64,000 nt of DNA. Origin: Candidatus Omnitrophota bacterium. GTDB taxonomy: Bacteria; Omnitrophota; Gorgyraeia; Tantalellales; Tantalellaceae. Of the stretch, positions 58,245 to 64,000 are shown piece by piece; positions within the stretch are counted from its first letter, which is position 1, and each line of letters begins with the position of its first letter. The notes under the pieces were generated by a model. The model searched no databases. It saw nothing but the letters and a program-made list of their open reading frames with translations, and had not been told where the DNA came from. A program made the position numbers and the translations under genes. The DNA is taken from positions 7,222-71,221 of the forward strand of contig JADGBR010000013.1 in assembly GCA_015231405.1 (NCBI GenBank), read 5' to 3'.

Positions 58245-58975
58245 ATGGGGATGAACAGAGATAAGGCATTGGCCTGGCTTGATACGATAACCGAAGCGGG
58301 TATCTGGATGTTCTTTTTCGGATTGCCTTTTTCCAAATCATGCGTCGAGATATCGTTCGGCGTGATAATGATACCGTGGCTCATCCGTAGAATTATCATA
58401 TACGGGGTCAAAAACCCGCTTTGCGTCATGAGGACGGTCTCTACGGGGTTGAACCCGGCCATAGCCTGTTATGCCGCCGCATGCGCGCTGTCTCTCCTGG
58501 GTACAGCATCCGTCAAACTGACGGCCGTCGGCCTGTTATGCAAACTGTTCCAACAGGTCTACACCTTTTTTATAATAGCTGAAAGGGTGAACACCCGGGA
58601 CAAGCTTCTCCGCGTAACAGGCGTGCTATTCCTATCCATGGCGCTCATTTCGGCTGACGCCATATTCCAGAAGATCACCGGACGGGATTTTATCAGGGGA
58701 TACGGGCTTTTCGGCGACGAGGGGAGCGTCCAGGCTTCGTTCGGAAATCCCAACAGCCTTGGGAGCTGGATCTCCATGGTATTCCCCCTAGCGGCCTGTT
58801 TCGCTTTTTTCCCGTGGCCGGACCACGCATTACTGTCCCGGATATCCGGCCGGATTAGGGTGTTCGGCAAGGTGCTATTATGTGTCCTGACGGTCGCGCT
58901 TTTTGTGTCACTTCTCTTTACGGCGTCCAGAGGCGCCTGGGCGGCGGTCTTCATAGCTATTCTCATCATCGCGTC
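58245..58975 (+). pseudogene. O-antigen ligase (WaaL/Wzy_C) family protein, 3'-truncated
   Basis: TM-rich; QASFGNPNSLG and LLFTASRGAW; after ~58975 the ORF reads antisense through an aminotransferase, so the periplasmic loop and H-motif are missing. Confidence 0.75.
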
Positions 58976-60418
58976 AAAAATAAGCAAAGCCCCGTTACTG
59001 TGCGCCAGATCCTTTACGGCTTCAAGGAAGCCGTTCTCGGGCTCTCTGATACCTGCCGGTTCCATAATGACACAGGCTATCTCCCCCTTATTCTCCCGGA
59101 ATATCTTTTCAAGTGTTTCGACCCTGTTGTACTCGAAAGGGATCGTCAGTTCCCTTACCGCCTTCGGCACGCCGTCGTTCCTCGCGGTAGTCCCTATGAA
59201 CCAGTCCTGCCAGCCGTGGTATCCCGAACAGGCTATCTTGTCCTTCCCCGTGTACGCCCTGGCGGCGCGGACGGCGCCGGATGTGGCATCCGACCCGTTC
59301 TTGCCGAACCTGACCATCTCAGCGGACGGGACCGTTTCCGAGATCAGCCCGGCGAGCTCGCCTTCAAGCCTGTGCGGCAAAGTAAAAGTCGTCCCTTTTC
59401 TGATCGTCTCTATCACGCTGTTCTCGACGGCGGGATAAGCATGCCCCAGTATAACGGCTCCCAGGGCCATGGAGTAATCTATAAATTCGTTATTATCGAC
59501 GTCCCATATCCTGCACCCGCTGGCCTTTTCGGCAAAAACCGGGGCTACGCCCTGGACGAATTGCGTCGGCCCTTTACTGAAAGTCTGGCTCATCCCAGGT
59601 ATGAGTCCGGCGACCTTGCCGGCGAGTTTTTGTGACACGCTTATATCTATCCTTCGCGGCTCAACGTCTCCTGAATCGATAAAACTTTTATAATACCCTT
59701 CGTTTATCACGGGGGGATCCGTTTTGACCGATATACCGGGTTTTTCCCTTAGAAGATCGAGAACATCGTCCGCCGTGAACACCTCTCCCGCGGCATAAAG
59801 GCGTTTATAAACTCCCCGCACAAAAATAAGATCGTCCATGGTATCCACGGACCATTTGTGCTTATTCACGTCCACGGGTATATCGCTTTGTACGTTCTTT
59901 ATCCTGAATTTCCGCTCATCCCTTAAATAAGGCGTAACATGTTCCCTGAAATATTTTTCCTTTGTTACCTTCCAGGCCTCCTCCAGCGCGCCAAAAGAGA
60001 ACACTTCCACATCAGTGCCTTCCGGGTATGAATAGACCAGGGTATTGGCGGTATAATCGTAGCCGCCTTCGAGATGGACCTTCATGACCTTTTCAATTAT
60101 GTCCGGCGAGCACAAAGGGCAGTCTGAAGTGACCCTGACCACGGTATCGGCTTTATTTTCAAGCGCCGCCGTGTAAAACCGGTCTAGGACGTCGTCCGCG
60201 TCACCCCTAAAGAACACTATCCCGTTCTCCAGAGCGAACCGGACTATGACCGAGTCCTCGTCTTTCACCGTGGTGGCTATTACCACTCTGTCTATGGACC
60301 TGACCCGTCTCAGCCTGTCCACCACATGCCACAGCATGGGTTTCCCCTCTATTTCCATGAGAGTCTTCCCGGGGAACCGGGAAGATCCCATCCGGGCCTG
60401 GACTATTCCCACTATCAT
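58970..60418 (-). pseudogene. SpsF-type cytidylyltransferase fused to class III aminotransferase, 3'-truncated
   Basis: QARMGSSRFPGK, RVTSDCP, EHVTPY; then SQTFSK, WDVDNNEFID, KNGSDAT, YHGW, IMEP, LLIFD; homology stops before E..TGFR and the PLP lysine. Confidence 0.8.
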
Positions 60419-61401
60419 ACTTTCACCGTCTTCCCTATGGAGGCGGACTTATGGCACGCCATGACCACCTTCAAGACACCTTGAGCTTCACCGATATCAT
60501 TCACGGTCTTTTTCCGGGTTTTAACGCATTCAATAAAGTGCGTGGCCTGATCGATGAACATCTGTTCCCTTTCGGTATTGATATTCTCCTCGAACACGGT
60601 ACTTTTTCGGGCATCCACGCCGAACAGTTCAACTTTTTGCGAAATGTAATCCCATGTCACGACCCCTTTATCCCCGATGAACTTGCAATGCCTCCTGTAG
60701 GTCCTTTGCAAATAATCCAGGTGCACCTGGGCGACTGTACCCTTTCTGAATACAAGCAGTATTTCCGCGAGATCCTCGGTGGAAATGTCAAGGCCGCTCA
60801 CTTTCCCGCAATAACAGAAAACCCGGTCAACTTTCCCGAACAGGCGGCACAAAAAATCTATTTCGTGGATTATATCAAGGATAACCCCGCCACCCAGCTC
60901 TTTCCGGGCGCTATACGCCGCCCGGTAATCGGTCCCCGGGCGCCAGTATGGCAGATAAAACCCCGCTTCGGCGCGCGCCGACAGCACCTTGCCTATTTTG
61001 CCGTTTTCTATGATGCTCGCGGCTTTTATGAAGCTCGGGAAAAACCTTGTATTGCACGCTACCATAGTTACGAGCTTGTGCCTGGCGACGGCCGCCTTTA
61101 GCCTGTCTATCCCGGAAAGGTCGTTCGAAAGCGGTTTCTCTATGAACAGATCGATCCCTTTCTCCGCGAATGCCAGGGCTGTTTTCACATGAGTCACCGT
61201 CGGCGTACAGATGAACGCCCCGTCATAGTTTTTTTTCATGGCCTCCGGCAGTGTGCCGTATACGTCTATCCCGAACGACCTCACGATATTGGCGCGGGCA
61301 CGTCTCGCCGGGTCTACCCCCGAGATCTCGTGACCCATGCGCAAAAGATTCCTGATATGCCTCTCGCCTATCGACCCGAGTCCCGCCACTAAAAATCGCA
61401 T
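60415..61401 (-). CDS. Gfo/Idh/MocA oxidoreductase (nonulosonic acid cluster type)
   Basis: GLGSIGERH, FIEKP, YLPYWRPGTDYR..YSA..LGGGV..D..HEID, HLDY. Confidence 0.9.
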   Translation of the reverse strand: MRFLVAGLGSIGERHIRNLLRMGHEISGVDPARRARANIVRSFGIDVYGTLPEAMKKNYDGAFICTPTVTHVKTALAFAEKGIDLFIEKPLSNDLSGIDRLKAAVARHKLVTMVACNTRFFPSFIKAASIIENGKIGKVLSARAEAGFYLPYWRPGTDYRAAYSARKELGGGVILDIIHEIDFLCRLFGKVDRVFCYCGKVSGLDISTEDLAEILLVFRKGTVAQVHLDYLQRTYRRHCKFIGDKGVVTWDYISQKVELFGVDARKSTVFEENINTEREQMFIDQATHFIECVKTRKKTVNDIGEAQGVLKVVMACHKSASIGKTVKV

Positions 61402-61413
61402 ATCGTCATCCCT

Positions 61414-62790
61414 TTAGTTGTGTTTCACCTTATTCCACGCGTTAAGCTCTTCCGCCATCTCTTTCTGCTTTTTCATAAGTGTCTCGTCCGAAAAACCTGT
61501 AAAATTGACGACTATCTTCTCTCCCTGTTCTCCGAGGCCCATGATATACCTTTCTTCGTCGCCTATAAGCCCGCGCTCCACGGCCATCTTGTAAAGTTCG
61601 GTCCCGGGATAAGGCGTCATGAAAAAAATCACCTCCGGAGCCAGCCCGAGTTCTTTACAGAAATCGGCTGTTTCGCTCAGCGACTCTTCATCTTCACCCG
61701 GATAACCTATCATGAAAGAACAGGCCGCCGATCCCAGATATTTCTGGGTCAACCTCACCGCCTCCTTAGCCTGTTCGACCGTGACGCCTTTCTTGATCAG
61801 GTCGAGCATCCTCTGGCTGCCGGACTCTATCCCGTAACCGATCCAAACACATCCCGAACCGGCCATCTTCCTTATCAGTTCTTCGGTCATCAGATTAGCC
61901 CTGCCTGAACATCCCCAGGTGATATTTTCGCCGACGCTTTTCGAGAAACGGGTTATCTCTTCGCAAAACCCGTGAACCTGCTCCCTGCTGACCACAAATT
62001 CGTCGTCAAAAAAATGAAAATATTTCACGCCGTATCTCTCGTAAAGGGCCTTGATCTCCCCGACTATGTTCCCGGGCGTCCTCATCCGGTATTTCTGGCC
62101 CATAAAATCGTGGTAACAATAAATGCAGGAATACGGACAGCCCCTCGACGCGAGCAGGTTCATGGACAAATTATTTTTCCCTTCGGCAGCTCCGTCCAGC
62201 CATTTGTTCTTATTCGGCGCCCCGACCGGATTAGACAGGTATATTTCCATGGGGAACAGGTCCCACGCGGGAAAAGGCTGCGCATCCAGGTCCGCTATCG
62301 GCGGGCGCGGCCCGGTACTAACTATACTCCCGCCGTCGTCCTTAAAACATATCCCTTTGACATCCCTTAGGGATATCCCTTTTCCCAGCGCGTCAAGCAG
62401 TTCGGCGATGGTCTCTTCCCCTTCCGACAGGCACACGATATCCACGGGATTATTCCGTAACATCAATTCGGGAACGGAAGTGCCCACGCTGCCGCCTATG
62501 ATTAGCGGTTTAAGCGGATGGTGCTTTTTGATCACCCCGGACAGCCACTTGATGTACTTATACGTCGTGATTATCCCGCCTATCCCGACAACGTCGAACT
62601 CGGCGTCTTTTACGCGCTGTTCGACGGATATTCTATCGGCCCTCAGCGCATTGATGTCATAAACCTCCGCGGTCCTCCCGGTCTGGCGGATAACCGCCGC
62701 TATCAAACCCAGTCCCAGAGGAAAACAATTCGGTTTTGACCACTCCCTGATCGGAGGATTGATCAACAATACTTTCTCAATGGACACCAA
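61414..62790 (-). CDS. B12-binding radical SAM protein
   Basis: PLGLGLIAA, EGEET, SRGCPYSCIYC, FDDEF, GIESGS, FMIGYPGE, PYPGT. Confidence 0.92.
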   Translation of the reverse strand: MVSIEKVLLINPPIREWSKPNCFPLGLGLIAAVIRQTGRTAEVYDINALRADRISVEQRVKDAEFDVVGIGGIITTYKYIKWLSGVIKKHHPLKPLIIGGSVGTSVPELMLRNNPVDIVCLSEGEETIAELLDALGKGISLRDVKGICFKDDGGSIVSTGPRPPIADLDAQPFPAWDLFPMEIYLSNPVGAPNKNKWLDGAAEGKNNLSMNLLASRGCPYSCIYCYHDFMGQKYRMRTPGNIVGEIKALYERYGVKYFHFFDDEFVVSREQVHGFCEEITRFSKSVGENITWGCSGRANLMTEELIRKMAGSGCVWIGYGIESGSQRMLDLIKKGVTVEQAKEAVRLTQKYLGSAACSFMIGYPGEDEESLSETADFCKELGLAPEVIFFMTPYPGTELYKMAVERGLIGDEERYIMGLGEQGEKIVVNFTGFSDETLMKKQKEMAEELNAWNKVKHN

Positions 62791-63913
62791 GCGCCCCCTT
62801 TAAGGCCTTAACAACGTATTTGATCTCCTTTTCCTTCATTTCGGGAAAAATAGGCAAAGTTATCGCCTGGCTGTAATACTTCTCGGCGACTGGACATGAG
62901 ACGTTCTTATATCCGGCGGACCTGTAGAACGGCTGAGTGTATACCGGGATGTAGTGTACGTTCACATTTATGCCTGCCCCGCGTAATCTGTCAAAGACAT
63001 TTTTCCGTCCAGTTCGCACCCTTATAACGTAAATGTGCCAGGCCGACTTCCCCAGCTCTCCGGCCCCGGGCAGTTTAAGACCGTCTATACCCGATAATTC
63101 TCGGGTATAGGTTTCGGCTATCTTCTCTCTTCTTTTAATGAAACCATCCAGCCTTCTCAGCTGGGAGAGCCCAAGCGCACACTGTATATCGGTTATCCTG
63201 TAGTTATACCCCAGCTCCCTCATCTCGTACTGCCATTCACCCTCCGGATGGGCGATATCCCGGGTTATCCCGTGATTTCTCAACAAAAGCAACCTCTTAT
63301 ACAACTCCTTGCTGTTAGTAGTCACCGCCCCGCCCTCACCGGTAGTGATGGATTTTACCGGATGAAAACTGAAGATCGTCATATCGGAATGCTCGCAGCA
63401 GCCTATCCTGCGCCCCTTATACTCGGCGCCGAGAGCGTGCGCCGCGTCTTCGATCACGATAAGCTTATTCCTCCGGGCTATTCTCCGGATATGTTCAAGG
63501 TCCGCCGGCCGGCCGGCGAAATGCACGGGGATCAGGGCACATGTCTTCTTCCTGATCTTTTTTTCCATGTCGGCGGGGTCGATATTCACGCTGTCTTCCA
63601 GGACGTCCGCGAAAACGGGTTTCCCGCCCGCGTACAGGACACAGTTCGCTGAAGCGACGAACGTTATCGCCGATGTTATCGCTTCTCTCCCGGGCTTTAT
63701 CCCGGCTGCTATCGCGGCTATGTGCAGCGCCGCCGTACCGCTTGAAACAACTACGGCGTATTTCGCCCCGGTATATGCCTGGAGGGCGTCCTCGAATTCT
63801 TTCACTTTAGGCCCTTGCGTTATGAAAGGTCCTTCTATAGCCCTCCTTACGGCTTCAATATCGGCCCGGGATATCGATTGTTTCCCATAGGGTATTACCA
63901 TTTTCCCGGGCAT
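62777..63913 (-). CDS. pseC: UDP-4-amino-4,6-dideoxy-N-acetyl-beta-L-altrosamine transaminase (DegT family)
   Basis: IPYGKQSI, TQGP, EDAAHALG, FSFHPVKSITTGEGG, LRNHGI, LGYNYRITDIQCALG, VHYIPV. Confidence 0.88.
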   Translation of the reverse strand: MPGKMVIPYGKQSISRADIEAVRRAIEGPFITQGPKVKEFEDALQAYTGAKYAVVVSSGTAALHIAAIAAGIKPGREAITSAITFVASANCVLYAGGKPVFADVLEDSVNIDPADMEKKIRKKTCALIPVHFAGRPADLEHIRRIARRNKLIVIEDAAHALGAEYKGRRIGCCEHSDMTIFSFHPVKSITTGEGGAVTTNSKELYKRLLLLRNHGITRDIAHPEGEWQYEMRELGYNYRITDIQCALGLSQLRRLDGFIKRREKIAETYTRELSGIDGLKLPGAGELGKSAWHIYVIRVRTGRKNVFDRLRGAGINVNVHYIPVYTQPFYRSAGYKNVSCPVAEKYYSQAITLPIFPEMKEKEIKYVVKALKGALGVH

Positions 63914-63914
63914 C

Positions 63915-64000
63915 TCAGGATCCTCCGTTTATGGTTCTACGCAATTCCCGTACGGTCAGGAATTCCGGGTTGTCCTGGCTTGTGTACCTGAAGCCGTCCT
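63915..64000 (-). CDS. pseB: C-terminus of a PseB-like UDP-GlcNAc 4,6-dehydratase (partial)
   Basis: DGFRYTSQDNPEFLTVRELRRTINGGS* resembles the PseB tail (GF.YSS..N..L...EL); directly upstream of pseC. Confidence 0.65.
   Translation of the reverse strand, partial: DGFRYTSQDNPEFLTVRELRRTINGGS

Noticed and set aside
58559-59438. Genuine 880-bp antisense overlapping genes
   Set aside because: Family homology of both proteins ends at the same point (~58970); the extensions are read-through into antisense sequence

Overview
Bacterial chromosomal window. Gene order and protein families suggest Omnitrophota (OP3, PVC superphylum); this is an inference, not a database result. 1-7.7 kb is housekeeping and envelope genes (yicC-gmk-rpoZ-coaC-coaB, a prepilin-like protein, a short pyruvate kinase, a PG-binding lipoprotein, a site-2 protease). 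7.7-14.8 kb is an accessory block: a 23-bp perfect inverted-repeat element, an orphan 34-codon copy of a protein C-terminus, an AT-richer methyltransferase, and a ~2000-aa minus-strand protein. That protein appears to fuse an export-type N-terminus, a degenerate sigma-70 (regions 2-3-4 plus extra region-4 HTHs), a degenerate SNF2 ATPase and the conserved C-terminal tail; it is the best candidate for an undescribed system. 15-21.3 kb holds AlkD, an orphan histidine kinase, a TPR protein, and an islet at tRNA-Ser(CGA) with REP-like hairpins, a decayed GIY-YIG nuclease and an AT-rich cargo gene. 21.5-59 kb is a large plus-strand surface-glycan locus (GDP-heptose pathway with its own transaldolase, WbpB/WbpD, Wzx, GT2/GT4/GT-C transferases, AsnB, many SAM enzymes). 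At ~58970 it joins head-on with a minus-strand pseudaminic-acid-type cluster, and both genes at the junction are truncated. No CRISPR array, rRNA, integrase or intact transposase was seen.
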